Virus record (IMG/VR): IMGVR_UViG_3300043418_000125
Location: 1-54,147 of that record
Strand: one strand, 5' to 3'
From: a virus
Taxonomy: Duplodnaviria; Caudoviricetes
Length of the DNA: 54,147 nt
Part shown: positions 1 through 8,954 of the stretch, one piece after another
Layout of the letters: each line of letters opens with the position of its first letter
Numbering within the stretch: the first letter of the stretch is position 1
The notes under the pieces: generated by a model
Databases searched by the model: none
The model's input: the letters and a program-made list of their open reading frames with translations, nothing else
Told to the model about the DNA's origin: nothing
Made by a program: the position numbers and the translations under genes

Positions 1-127
1 GCCGACGCCTGCGCTTACGTAGTTCTTGAAAGTGTTTGTAGCCATGATGTTTCCTTACAGAGCGATTGCAAACGCGAGTGCGCTGCCGAGAGTGGTTGAG
101 CTGCCGTCGATGGCCTCTTGCTGAATT
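1..127. repeat. 127-bp direct terminal repeat (copy 1); circular assembly overlap
   Basis: 1-127 is identical to 54021-54147, and ORF 55..420 continues into the context of 53736..54065 across the junction. Confidence 0.97.
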
Positions 128-420
128 GCCGCGAGGCCAGATGCAGTGACGCGCACTTCCAGCTTGTCGCCAGAAGACCAGCTACGTGCAGTTGTGCCGT
201 CTTGGCCACGAACAATGGTCATACCGTCGCCAGTACGAGCCGTGACCTTGATGACTTCGATGTTGTTGCTCGCGTCAACGAGGGTCGCATAGAAGTAGTC
301 ACCAGCGGACAGGGTTGGGAACAGAGCGCCGGTGCCAGTTGCAACAGTCAGTGCAGTGACGACGTTGTTGATACCGGCCGCAAGCGCTGCGCTCGCGTTG
401 TTGCTGAACTTGATAGACAT
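55..420 (-). CDS. virion/tail-associated structural protein (121 aa from MSIKFSNN)
   Basis: ATG at 420 follows an AGGAG RBS; beta-rich sequence (EVIKVTARTGD..TIVRGQDGTTA) of the kind seen at phage fibre/baseplate N-termini; lies in the virion operon. Confidence 0.7.
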   Translation of the reverse strand: MSIKFSNNASAALAAGINNVVTALTVATGTGALFPTLSAGDYFYATLVDASNNIEVIKVTARTGDGMTIVRGQDGTTARSWSSGDKLEVRVTASGLAAIQQEAIDGSSTTLGSALAFAIAL

Positions 421-428
421 GAAAACTC

Positions 429-1334
429 CTATGCTGCCTCTTGCCAATCGGGGTACTTCACCTCGACGTCGGCAGTGATTGGGTTTGCCGAGGAACCAAC
501 CTCGACTTGGATGTAGTTCATCCATGTGTCAACCAGCTCGGCCTCGGCATAGATGCCTGAGTACGAGAGGTCGTATGTCGCGCCGCCAGCGATGAATGCG
601 TCAACCAGATGGGTGAAGTTCAGCCTCGCAGCGGTGCGAGCTGATACCTTCACGCCGGAACGAATGCTTCGCTCGACGTAAACCATCGGGGCGCCAGTGG
701 CCGCAGCCAACAGATTCGCCGCCATGACGGAGGATTTGTTCACATAGCCACTCGACTGCGCCGCAGCCAACAGGCTTGCCACCATGTTTACTTCGAGCGT
801 GGCCGAAGCCTGCGACGTTGCGCGCGCGGAAAGACTGCCTTGCAGGCGCTTGCCAAGCAAAGCAGACACAGAGACCGACGCAGCGGCCAGTGCAGCCGCC
901 CGAACGAGCTTGTTGACCCTGGCGGTTGCCGACACCTGCATCGTCGCGTTGGCGGTGGCTCCAATGCTCTTGTTGAGCTTTGCTGCCGCAGTGGTCAGGC
1001 CAGACATCGTGACCGATGCCGCCATGTTGACTTTGTGCGTGGCAGTTGCCGAGACCGTGGCGCGTCCAGTGATGGATGCGGCCTCGTTCTTCTTGACGCC
1101 GAGAGATGTGCTGGTCGTTGCGCTGGCGCTGACCGATGCGGACACCGGCTTTTTGACGCTCAACGCAGGGGTTGCTGTTGCTCGAGCAGTGATGCTCGCA
1201 GCGGCATTGACGTTGTGCGTCAGCGCAGCAGAGGTAACCGTCGCCGTAGCATTGATGCTGGCAGCTAGACCGTCGTAGTACCCGCCCGTCCCGTTAAGGA
1301 CGAGTCTGTTGAGCGGAGTGGCATTCAGAAGCAT
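429..1334 (-). CDS. Ala/Ser/Thr-rich fibre-associated protein with about 12 tandem 20-aa repeats
   Basis: 301-aa ORF; repeats such as NVNAAASITARATATPALSV / KKPVSASVSASATTSTSLGV / KKNEAASITGRATVSATATH stay in 20-aa register. Confidence 0.7.
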   Translation of the reverse strand: MLLNATPLNRLVLNGTGGYYDGLAASINATATVTSAALTHNVNAAASITARATATPALSVKKPVSASVSASATTSTSLGVKKNEAASITGRATVSATATHKVNMAASVTMSGLTTAAAKLNKSIGATANATMQVSATARVNKLVRAAALAAASVSVSALLGKRLQGSLSARATSQASATLEVNMVASLLAAAQSSGYVNKSSVMAANLLAAATGAPMVYVERSIRSGVKVSARTAARLNFTHLVDAFIAGGATYDLSYSGIYAEAELVDTWMNYIQVEVGSSANPITADVEVKYPDWQEAA

Positions 1335-1353
1335 GACTCACTCCGAACAATGA

Positions 1354-1791
1354 TTAGGCGAATGTGACGGCCAGTGAACCGGCAGGGAAAGAAACCGTGT
1401 CGGCCTCGTTGATGGTCTTGGCGATGGCCAAGGCGCCTTCCAACAGCATGTTGCCGCCGGACGCTGCATCAAAGATGGCGAAGTGGGTGACTGTTCCCCA
1501 ACCGCCACCAGTGGGCGTCGGGAATGTGATGGCGTTGTTGTTCGAGGTCTGGCCACCAGTGCCAGTCGAAGCGACCGTCGAGCCTGCACTTTGGGTACCG
1601 GCCCAGTTGGCCAGGCTAGAGGCAACAGACACGCGAGCGTATGCGTTGCCCGTCACCTCGGTGCCACCGGCCGCATCGCTAGGAGCGGCGGTGAACAGAG
1701 CTACGTAGAGCGTTGAGGTTGTTGGTGCAGACTGTGCGCGGAAAATCTGGTCGATGAGTTTATTTTCCAGAAAGTCGGTCATTGCGGACAT
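1354..1791 (-). CDS. small beta-sandwich virion (fibre/decoration) subunit
   Basis: MSAMTDFLENKLID...LYVALFTAAP..GGTEV...YAR...ITFP...WGTVTHFAIFDA..GGNML; recognisable common phage structural family. Confidence 0.7.
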   Translation of the reverse strand: MSAMTDFLENKLIDQIFRAQSAPTTSTLYVALFTAAPSDAAGGTEVTGNAYARVSVASSLANWAGTQSAGSTVASTGTGGQTSNNNAITFPTPTGGGWGTVTHFAIFDAASGGNMLLEGALAIAKTINEADTVSFPAGSLAVTFA

Positions 1792-1802
1792 GATTTATTC
1801 CC

Positions 1803-2129
1803 TTAATTGAATTGCTGTCGTACTTGGAATTTCAAGGTGTCGTAGACCGTCTGGTGTTCACCACCGAAGTCAATCTCGATTTCGCCTTCGTACTGTCCAG
1901 GCTCTACATCGAGCGAGTTGCCAGTGAAGTTGAATGAACACTCACCATTCACACCGCCGTTGAGCAGGTTGCATGTAAGTGTGGTCAACACAGTGTCGGA
2001 GCCGAGCGCCCTGAAATAGACGCGAACCGTAGTGGCGTCCAAGTTGATGGGCACGCCGTCCGCATCCTTGAGCGTGAGCTTGATGTATGGGCGATTGTCG
2101 CCAGCGACGAGTTTGATTTTCTCTGTCAT
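1803..2129 (-). CDS. Ig-like/BppU-N-like virion protein
   Basis: GDNRPYIKLTLKD..G.PINL...GQYEGEIEIDF pattern; lies in the structural operon. Confidence 0.6.
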   Translation of the reverse strand: MTEKIKLVAGDNRPYIKLTLKDADGVPINLDATTVRVYFRALGSDTVLTTLTCNLLNGGVNGECSFNFTGNSLDVEPGQYEGEIEIDFGGEHQTVYDTLKFQVRQQFN

Positions 2130-2776
2130 GGCTTCCTCAGTTTCACGCTCAGGTCGGAGCGCACATTGCCGCGAATGGCGCGTTGACGCGCATCATTCAA
2201 AGCGGTCATGTACCGGCCTTGATTGACAGCAGCAGCTTCTTGGTTGGTGTAGGGCTTGCCAGGAACCAGCATCAGTCTGGCTTTGGCGCCGCAAGCGATG
2301 TATTCGCCCCACTGTTCGTAGAGGAAGTTTTCGCAACTTGTTGAATCGCGCAGAGGTACCAGCGCAACGCGCATTGTAATGGCGTTGGTGTATGTCTGAT
2401 CCGGAATTGGCAGGAAACTCACGGTATCAAAATCTTTTTGTGTGTAGCCAACCGGCTGAGATTTCGATGGCGTGTAGTTGCCAATGGTCGTGTTGTAGAC
2501 GTCTGGGGTCACGATGTCATCTGGCGCCACCGGCTCCAGCTCGGAGCCTTTGAACCAGGCTCGCATGACCTTCTGCACTCGGTAGCCTTTCGGGGCATCC
2601 AAGTCGTAGTTGTCGAGGCCAGCACGCAGGGTGATCGGGTCTTGCGTCACCTGATAAATCAGGGACTTCTCACAGAACTCGATGATGGTGTGGCGGATGG
2701 CTCGCAGAGCCACGTCAGCAGGACAGCCAGGTACTTCCGGCAGAACGTCTGGGAAAAATGCGTCGTAAGTCTTCAT
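2126..2776 (-). CDS. head-tail adaptor / tail tubular protein A-like
   Basis: 216 aa, downstream of capsid; VLPEVPGCP..VAL.AIR..IIEFCEKS...IACGAKARLM.VPGKPY pattern. Confidence 0.65.
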   Translation of the reverse strand: MKTYDAFFPDVLPEVPGCPADVALRAIRHTIIEFCEKSLIYQVTQDPITLRAGLDNYDLDAPKGYRVQKVMRAWFKGSELEPVAPDDIVTPDVYNTTIGNYTPSKSQPVGYTQKDFDTVSFLPIPDQTYTNAITMRVALVPLRDSTSCENFLYEQWGEYIACGAKARLMLVPGKPYTNQEAAAVNQGRYMTALNDARQRAIRGNVRSDLSVKLRKP

Positions 2777-3117
2777 ACGCCCATGAGTCCTGACTTGAAT
2801 TTTTGGAACAAGGTGGAGGCTCGGCCATCCACAGCGAACTCGTCATCACGCAACTCGGCGCGGTGAGCGGCATAGTCGGACAGACAGAGGTGGTATTCCT
2901 CTGGGACGGGTACAGTGTCGGTGACGGCAAAGGGTGGAAACGCCGCCGTCAGGTTGGACATGAACAGATCGGGACGGACACGTCGAGCCTCAATGACGGC
3001 TTGACGGATGTAGCCTAGCAACTGGGCCTCCGTATACCTTGTGACGGTGTTCGAGTCGATAACCTGGTCGTTCAGGATGACGCGAGCTTCGTCAATGATC
3101 TGTTGAAAGGTGGCCAT
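2773..3117 (-). CDS. putative head-completion/adaptor protein
   Basis: 114 aa; IIDEARVILND...RYTEAQLL...RPDLF; overlaps the next gene by 4 nt. Confidence 0.55.
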   Translation of the reverse strand: MATFQQIIDEARVILNDQVIDSNTVTRYTEAQLLGYIRQAVIEARRVRPDLFMSNLTAAFPPFAVTDTVPVPEEYHLCLSDYAAHRAELRDDEFAVDGRASTLFQKFKSGLMGV

Positions 3118-3122
3118 GTTTG

Positions 3123-3434
3123 TTACCAGAGAACCTTGCGCGCCCAGTGGTTTGCACTGAACACGTCATCTTTTGTTGGGTTGCCGTTCTTGTCTTTGAT
3201 ACCAGCAGAACGAGCGAGGTAGTTCTTGCGACGTTCAGCATCGTGATGCTGAGTGAAGTCTTCCATCCCGCGCAGACCGAACCGCACGAGCTTTACTTCA
3301 TCGCCCTTCTTGGCCAGAACCATTTTCTTTTGCGTTGCACCCTTGGGTGCGTCAACGGGCTTGTTGAAACCTGGGAACTCGTGCCCACGGTAAACAATCT
3401 TTCCGCCTTCACGCTTTAAGTTCGATGCCTTCAT
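3123..3434 (-). CDS. basic conserved phage protein (103 aa from MKASNL)
   Basis: Lys/Arg-rich; GFNKP...KKMVLAKKGDEVKLVRFG...RRKNYLAR...SANHWARKVLW. Confidence 0.7.
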   Translation of the reverse strand: MKASNLKREGGKIVYRGHEFPGFNKPVDAPKGATQKKMVLAKKGDEVKLVRFGLRGMEDFTQHHDAERRKNYLARSAGIKDKNGNPTKDDVFSANHWARKVLW

Positions 3435-3603
3435 CGGTGCGCTCCTTGGCTTCAACCTTTAGGTCGCCGGTGCCCTTGAGCTTCTTGAGCTTCAAAGCTG
3501 GCTTTTCTTTCGGCGGGAGGTATTCTTCCCATCGACCGCCTTCGATCAGGTCGGCGTCATACACAGCAATCTTGCCGGTGCGGATGTTCTTCATCTGGCG
3601 CAT
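3409..3603 (-). CDS. hypothetical protein (64 aa from MRQMKN)
   Basis: GGAG RBS directly after the capsid terminator; ORF overlaps the next gene. Confidence 0.6.
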   Translation of the reverse strand: MRQMKNIRTGKIAVYDADLIEGGRWEEYLPPKEKPALKLKKLKGTGDLKVEAKERTDEGIELKA

Positions 3604-3613
3604 CGGAGTCTCC

Positions 3614-3649
3614 AAAAAAAGAACCCGCCCAGGGTGAGCTGGACGGGCC
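3614..3649 (-). terminator. intrinsic terminator after the major capsid gene
   Basis: minus strand GGCCCGTCCAG-CTCACC-CTGGGCGGGTT followed by CTTTTTTT. Confidence 0.8.
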
Positions 3650-3684
3650 ACAAAGGTGGGGCCGAAGCCCCATCCCCCATGAGG

Positions 3685-4596
3685 TTAGCCCTTCACGGCA
3701 ACCATGTTCACCAAAGCCTCTGGCTTGATGACGGAGTAGCCGAACACGTTCAAACCACGAACGATGTTGCCGAAGGTTGACTGAGCGCGGAGAGTTTCCA
3801 CGTTGGTCATTTGAGAAGCGAAAGTGATCGCGTCTTTGGTACCAGCCAACAAGTAGCTGTCGCCGTCAGAGGTCTTGGGCAAGTTGTTCGACACGTACAC
3901 TTGGAAACGGTCGATCATGCCGAGCTTGCCGTTGCGCAGCGGAGAAACGCTGTCACCGGTCAAGTAGGCTTGCTTCAAGTCGCTGTTCTTAATCATCGCA
4001 GCCATCCAAGATGGGATGACCAACCAACGACCAGACTCAGGCACGTTCTGCTCGTCCAATGCCTGACCAGCGTCCAAGATCAAGTCGAGGATGTTGGCCT
4101 TGGTCACTGCGCGAGGAGATGCGTCGGTACCCAAGTTGATGTTGCCGGAGATGGCACCAGCGGTTGCACCCTTGTTGGTGCTGGCAGCGGCAGCTTTCAC
4201 GCCGTCCAAGATGAGCGCGTCGATAGCGATCTTCATCTGTTCGGTTGCGTCGTTGGTGAACATGTCCATCAACTTGATGTCTGTTTGCACAGCATCGACG
4301 TCATCCAACACGACGGCAAAGTATTTGCCTTGGTCGATCAACAGCTCGATAGGAGCAGAAGTCGGCACCTGGTTTGTCAGGTTGTCGCCTTTGTTGTACG
4401 AGTTGATCGTGATGGTTGGGATGGTACGGATGTGAACCTTGTCGCCCTGACCCTTGATTTCGCCTTCCCAATCGTTGTTGGAAATTTCGCTAAAAACAGT
4501 GGTTTTGTAGAACTTAGCCTGGAGCTTGCCAGACCAAATTTCGGGGATGAAGTTGCCGCTGTATTGAGTGCGGCCAGAAGCTACTGGAAAAGACAT
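3685..4596 (-). CDS. major capsid protein (HK97 fold, P22-coat-like)
   Basis: 303 aa; FIPEIWSGKL...WEGEIK.QGDKVHI...LDEQNVP..GRWLV...FGNIVRGLNVFG; follows the scaffold gene and precedes a strong terminator. Confidence 0.9.
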   Translation of the reverse strand: MSFPVASGRTQYSGNFIPEIWSGKLQAKFYKTTVFSEISNNDWEGEIKGQGDKVHIRTIPTITINSYNKGDNLTNQVPTSAPIELLIDQGKYFAVVLDDVDAVQTDIKLMDMFTNDATEQMKIAIDALILDGVKAAAASTNKGATAGAISGNINLGTDASPRAVTKANILDLILDAGQALDEQNVPESGRWLVIPSWMAAMIKNSDLKQAYLTGDSVSPLRNGKLGMIDRFQVYVSNNLPKTSDGDSYLLAGTKDAITFASQMTNVETLRAQSTFGNIVRGLNVFGYSVIKPEALVNMVAVKG

Positions 4597-4628
4597 TTTG
4601 ATTCCTTAGAAAAGATTGAATTTGCGGG

Positions 4629-5540
4629 TCAACGTACTCGACCCTCGATTGAGGCTGCGGTGATGTCAGCCTCGATGGCGATTGCGTCTGCATCGCTCAC
4701 TTCGCCTTTGCGCATCCGGTTGTAGAACTCAGAAATCTCGGCACGAGTCCACATCCGTTTGGATGGGGGTGTGTCGGCTGCTTTGTTCGTAGCGGGTACG
4801 ACTTGGGATTCAAGCGACTGGTTGGCATTCGCCGCCCACGATGAAGCTGTCCTCTTGTACGACGTGAAGAATTTGGCTACACGGCTCGCGTCACGGCTTT
4901 GCTCGGCCTGGCTCAACAGAACTTGCTTCGTCTGTCCGGTCAGCTCGTCAACTTCCTCCAACCACTTAATGAAGTTGGGGTCTACGTTGAGCGCTTCCCA
5001 GTCAGGGATGATTGCAGTCAGTGAACGGAAGAAGTCATTCGATACCGTTTTGGTCGTCGCTTCACCGATGTCTTGCATCTGGCGTTTCAAGGCATTGATT
5101 TCTGCGTCTTTCGCCGCCAGCTCTTCACGAGCAATGCGACGTGCAACGTCAATCAAGCCTTCGCCGTATTCATCGACTTCTTGTTGCGACACCAGCGGCT
5201 CTGGTGGCTTGGCCTTGAGCTGTTGGTTCTCTTGTTCGAGACCGTCAAGGCGCTTCGTCAGTTCTTTGACTTGTTCTGCAAAACGGGGCACTTCCGAGTT
5301 GTACTTGCCTTGCAGCACCTTGAAGCGGTGTTCCCAATCTTCGCCCTGTGCAGGGGTCTGAGATTGCGAGCCGTCATTGGCGTTGGGAGGAGTACTCGCA
5401 GCAGGCGTTTCATCCGTGGGTTTCGGATCGCCGTTGGCGGGTTGCTCGGTGGCTTGCTGTTGCTTACCGTTAATCAGTTCTTCTTGCAGGCGGTTAGCAC
5501 GATCTTCGGCTTCTTGCACTGCGCGTGGCACATTTGACAT
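4629..5540 (-). CDS. capsid scaffolding protein
   Basis: Q/P-rich N-terminus, WEHRFKVLQGKYNSEVPR, coiled coil, C-terminal EGRVR; directly upstream of the capsid gene. Confidence 0.8.
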   Translation of the reverse strand: MSNVPRAVQEAEDRANRLQEELINGKQQQATEQPANGDPKPTDETPAASTPPNANDGSQSQTPAQGEDWEHRFKVLQGKYNSEVPRFAEQVKELTKRLDGLEQENQQLKAKPPEPLVSQQEVDEYGEGLIDVARRIAREELAAKDAEINALKRQMQDIGEATTKTVSNDFFRSLTAIIPDWEALNVDPNFIKWLEEVDELTGQTKQVLLSQAEQSRDASRVAKFFTSYKRTASSWAANANQSLESQVVPATNKAADTPPSKRMWTRAEISEFYNRMRKGEVSDADAIAIEADITAASIEGRVR

Positions 5541-5708
5541 TTTTACTCCGTGAGCCGAAGACGGTCGCGTTCGAGCCTCGCGGGATTCGAGCGATTCGTT
5601 CGGTGTTCAGCGGTTGCTGGTTTAAGGGCCAGCCCCTTTTGCGGCAGAACGCCGCTGACCTTTTTCCTGGCGCCAGGAAATTGGTCGATTAACCGGCCAG
5701 AGGGCCGA
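5541..5708 (-). promoter_or_regulatory. structured intergenic leader upstream of scaffold/capsid
   Basis: perfect 18-bp palindrome TTTCCTGGCGCCAGGAAA (5663-5680) plus a TCAGCGG..CCGCTGA stem enclosing further hairpins. Confidence 0.5.
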
Positions 5709-5942
5709 TTACCGCGATTTGCGCATGACCTCGGGGGCTTCCACCGCCTTGGTCAATAGTTCGTTGACAGCCTGCGCTGCGCCTTGTTTCCAGCGGGAGA
5801 GAACTTCGTCTTTCGTTTCGCAGGATTGGACGTACAGGGCTTGTCGGGATTGCTCGAGCCAGGCTCGAACAACCTCAAAATTGTGGTTGCCCTGGAGCGC
5901 AGCGAGTGCGCTCAGGACTTGGGGTGACGGCTTCTCAAGCAT
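5709..5942 (-). CDS. small helical protein between portal and scaffold
   Basis: 77 aa; ..RWKQGAAQAVNELL.. pattern typical of this genomic position. Confidence 0.7.
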   Translation of the reverse strand: MLEKPSPQVLSALAALQGNHNFEVVRAWLEQSRQALYVQSCETKDEVLSRWKQGAAQAVNELLTKAVEAPEVMRKSR

Positions 5943-6589
5943 CAGCGCTTGGGCAGCAGCGTCTTGGAGTCGATGTTGCTGGTGTCGATGACACCGCGAC
6001 CAGACGTGGCAGGCTTGGCCATCACAGGACGACGGCCTTCGTTGCCGTAGTTCTCGTTGCGAGTCATGGCATCCGACACGCGCTTCTCAACGGTGTTGGC
6101 ACCCTTGCGCTCGGCCATGTCTTGAGCGAACGTCTTGCCAGTCGAATCTGTTGCAGGACGCTTGGCTTCCATGCGAGGCGCTGCCTTGCCGGTTGCCACT
6201 TCGGTGGTGAACTTCTTGCCGTTCCACTCGAAGGTGGAGTTGCCAGCTTTGCGGTTCTCAGCGAAGGCTTCTTTGAAAGACTGCTTGATCGGGGTCGATT
6301 CGACCTTCGACTCAGGCACAGCCTCAACCTTGACCGGCTCTTGGTACTCGGGGTCGCGAGCCATTGCTACGCGCTCGTCACCGGTGGTGCCGTCGCCGTA
6401 GTTCTCGCTGCGTGCCCACTCACCATCAGACACTTCGCCGCCATCGGCGTAGTTCTTCACGGTGGGACGGCCGATCTTGCTGTGCAAGGAGCTGGCGTTG
6501 TTGCCAGCAATCTTGCTGTTCATGGTGGACGGGCCGGTGCTTGCGTTCTTCGCAAAGCTCTGGCGTTGCCAGCTTGGTACTTCTGCCAT
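5942..6589 (-). CDS. low-complexity virion-module protein with YADGG motif and SFKEAF..RKAG..TFEWNGKKFTT domain
   Basis: 215-aa ORF translationally coupled in the head operon. Confidence 0.7.
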   Translation of the reverse strand: MAEVPSWQRQSFAKNASTGPSTMNSKIAGNNASSLHSKIGRPTVKNYADGGEVSDGEWARSENYGDGTTGDERVAMARDPEYQEPVKVEAVPESKVESTPIKQSFKEAFAENRKAGNSTFEWNGKKFTTEVATGKAAPRMEAKRPATDSTGKTFAQDMAERKGANTVEKRVSDAMTRNENYGNEGRRPVMAKPATSGRGVIDTSNIDSKTLLPKR

Positions 6590-6590
6590 T

Positions 6591-6923
6591 TCAGCAACCT
6601 TTCTTCATGGAGCCTGCGACCTTCACCGCACCGCCGTTGGCCATCTTGGCCATCGAGCCGTACTTCTCGGCAGACATCTTGCCGGAGGCCAGGTCTTTGC
6701 CGGTCTGGGCGAGTTTGCGTGGGTTGGATTTCTCGCCTTCACGCTTTTCCTCGACCATTTCCTTCTGCACGTATTGCTTCGGAGTGACCTTGCCAGAGCG
6801 CACAGCGCGCGCTTCGGACATTTCCTCGGCCTTGGTGTCTTTGCCGGTGAAAGGCTTGGCCTTGCCGCCGTCAGCGAAGCCAGCGGGGATTACGCCTTTG
6901 GCGGGTTTGGTGATTTTCTTCAT
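6591..6923 (-). CDS. Lys-rich small protein with FADGG and MANGG motifs
   Basis: 110 aa; overlaps the portal stop codon (ATGA). Confidence 0.7.
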   Translation of the reverse strand: MKKITKPAKGVIPAGFADGGKAKPFTGKDTKAEEMSEARAVRSGKVTPKQYVQKEMVEEKREGEKSNPRKLAQTGKDLASGKMSAEKYGSMAKMANGGAVKVAGSMKKGC

Positions 6924-8941
6924 TGGATAGCCTGTTGTGGTTGGACAAGATTGGTCTGCTCGGGTGGAGGGCCACCGTCGGGGCCGGTCGGAGCTGGCCC
7001 TGCAATCTGTTGCTGAGGCTGTTGAGCCTGTTGCAACTGATTCATGGCCTGCTGCACCTGCTGCTGCTTGAACTTCATGGCATCAACGGTTGGCACCAAC
7101 TTGTCGGTGTCCATGTTGAGACCCTTCGCCAGCTCGCGCAGCAAGTACGCACGACCCTCTGGGCCGATGATTTGCAGATCGACTGGGTTGTTCGTTGCAG
7201 CCAGAAACTCGTTTCGGCGAACCTGAATCTGTTCTTTGGCCAACAAGCCCATCGCACCCTTGGGCACAATCTTGAAGTCGCCTTTGATGTACGGGTCGGG
7301 GTTGTACATCATGTTGTGGATGTAGAACTTCGTCACCACCATCTCGACAACCTTGTCGATATTCATGATGGCCGACTTGATGCCCTTGGCGGCGTTGTCC
7401 ATCAGCATCGACAAACCCGAAGCAGTACGGCCAGCGCCAGAAGCACCAGAACCCGAGCCATAGATGTAGTTCGGAATGCCAGTGACTTCATCGGCTTGCT
7501 TGGCAAACTGGTTGTAGATGCCCATCAGCTCGGCGGCTTTCATCTCGGGAGAGTAGAAGCGCACGCCAGGCTGGCCACCACCGGTCTTGTCCGATGTGGT
7601 CTGCCAGATTTTCCAGGGGTACATCTGGGTGACGTCCTCGCCATCGGCAAGGCGGTCAACCGCGACTTCGACCTGTGGGCCAGACGCGATGCCCATGTTG
7701 TTTGCCAGGGAACGGGCCGAGGCGTTGCACATGATCTGCACGTCACGCATGACTTCCGGCAAGGCGGTACCCCAGAACGCGCCAGGAATGGAGCGCCACG
7801 AGGCAATCTCGTAGGGACGTTGGCCAAGCGGGTCAGGGTTCAGCACCACCTTGATGGTGAAGCCGCCAACCTGCCATGCGTTGACTTCGTACACCTTGCG
7901 CGGGTCAACGCCAGTCATGCCCCAGTCGATGAGCATTTCGCCCATGACCGGCCCCCAGAACTCCAGGGCTTCGATGATGTTGTCGTTGTAGAGGCGCGAG
8001 TGGTACTTGCCCTCGAGGTTGTCACGCTGTTGGTCGCCGTACTCGAAGTAGCGGAAACCTTTGCCAGCGTAGCGCTCAAGCACCTGGTCAATCTCGTAGT
8101 TCGAGTAGCCAGGGACGCCCTTCATGGACTCCAGCGTCTTCACCGTCAGCTTGTGGCGTTGGATGATGTAGCCGTCGTCAATGCCAGAGGCATTGGGGCT
8201 TGGGAACATGTCGTAGGGCGAAACGCGCTCAACCTCGCGGAAGAACTCGTTCGATACGATGGGGGTGAAATTTGGCCCCCAACGCAGTTTCTGTTTCTTG
8301 CGAACAGACGGCCCTTTAAAAATTGCTGTGGGGTACGTCACATAGTCGTCGATGAAGTCAATCATCGAGCGGTGGTACCCACCTTCGTCGAGCTGGTCAG
8401 CGATGACGCCAGCCATGCGCTCGGCAGTCAGCTTGGCCTCTTCGCGGAGCTGCAACAGAATCTGGTCATGCACCTCACCCATGCGCTCACGGAACGCTTC
8501 TGGGTGCAGTTGCTGGCCAGCCAAGACGTATTGCTCGGCCTCATGGCGCACGAAGTCGATGATGGACATCTTGACTTCGATGGGCAGGTCAGGCTCTTGC
8601 GATGGGGAGAGGTCGAACGGACGCTGGTTTTGCAGCATCACGTCCTGAATCCAGCTCTTCGCCGCATTGCATTTGACGTCGGTCAGCATCATGTAGATGT
8701 CTGAGCCGCCGGTCTGGCTGATTTCTGTTGCTTTGTCGGGGTCGTACTCACCACGTCGCTGGCGCTCACAGGCGAGCAGGCGCTCGGTGATGCGTTGCTT
8801 GGCGAATTTTGCTTTGCTCCAGCAGCTCGTGATGTGACCGGAGATTCCGGACGCAATCAGGTCGGAGTTATCCATGCCTTCGGCTTGAACGGCGCTCACG
8901 TCCGCTTGGACTGGCGCTTGTGCCTGGTACACGTCACTCAT
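6920..8941 (-). CDS. portal protein
   Basis: 673 aa directly after terL; RTASGLSML, ADEVTGIPNY, Q-rich C-terminal tail as in podovirus portals. Confidence 0.88.
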   Translation of the reverse strand: MSDVYQAQAPVQADVSAVQAEGMDNSDLIASGISGHITSCWSKAKFAKQRITERLLACERQRRGEYDPDKATEISQTGGSDIYMMLTDVKCNAAKSWIQDVMLQNQRPFDLSPSQEPDLPIEVKMSIIDFVRHEAEQYVLAGQQLHPEAFRERMGEVHDQILLQLREEAKLTAERMAGVIADQLDEGGYHRSMIDFIDDYVTYPTAIFKGPSVRKKQKLRWGPNFTPIVSNEFFREVERVSPYDMFPSPNASGIDDGYIIQRHKLTVKTLESMKGVPGYSNYEIDQVLERYAGKGFRYFEYGDQQRDNLEGKYHSRLYNDNIIEALEFWGPVMGEMLIDWGMTGVDPRKVYEVNAWQVGGFTIKVVLNPDPLGQRPYEIASWRSIPGAFWGTALPEVMRDVQIMCNASARSLANNMGIASGPQVEVAVDRLADGEDVTQMYPWKIWQTTSDKTGGGQPGVRFYSPEMKAAELMGIYNQFAKQADEVTGIPNYIYGSGSGASGAGRTASGLSMLMDNAAKGIKSAIMNIDKVVEMVVTKFYIHNMMYNPDPYIKGDFKIVPKGAMGLLAKEQIQVRRNEFLAATNNPVDLQIIGPEGRAYLLRELAKGLNMDTDKLVPTVDAMKFKQQQVQQAMNQLQQAQQPQQQIAGPAPTGPDGGPPPEQTNLVQPQQAIQ

Positions 8942-8954
8942 TGTTTAAACCTTT

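Noticed and set aside
1-127. Terminal direct repeat as a biological DTR
   Set aside because: The 127-bp length equals a common assembler k-mer and the repeat cuts through coding genes; it indicates circular assembly, not the physical ends
6923-8704. 593-aa plus-strand ORF antisense to the portal
   Set aside because: Shadow frame produced by GC-biased codon usage; no motifs and it mirrors the portal codons. The same applies to 3811..4725, 43860..45143 and 50927..51874
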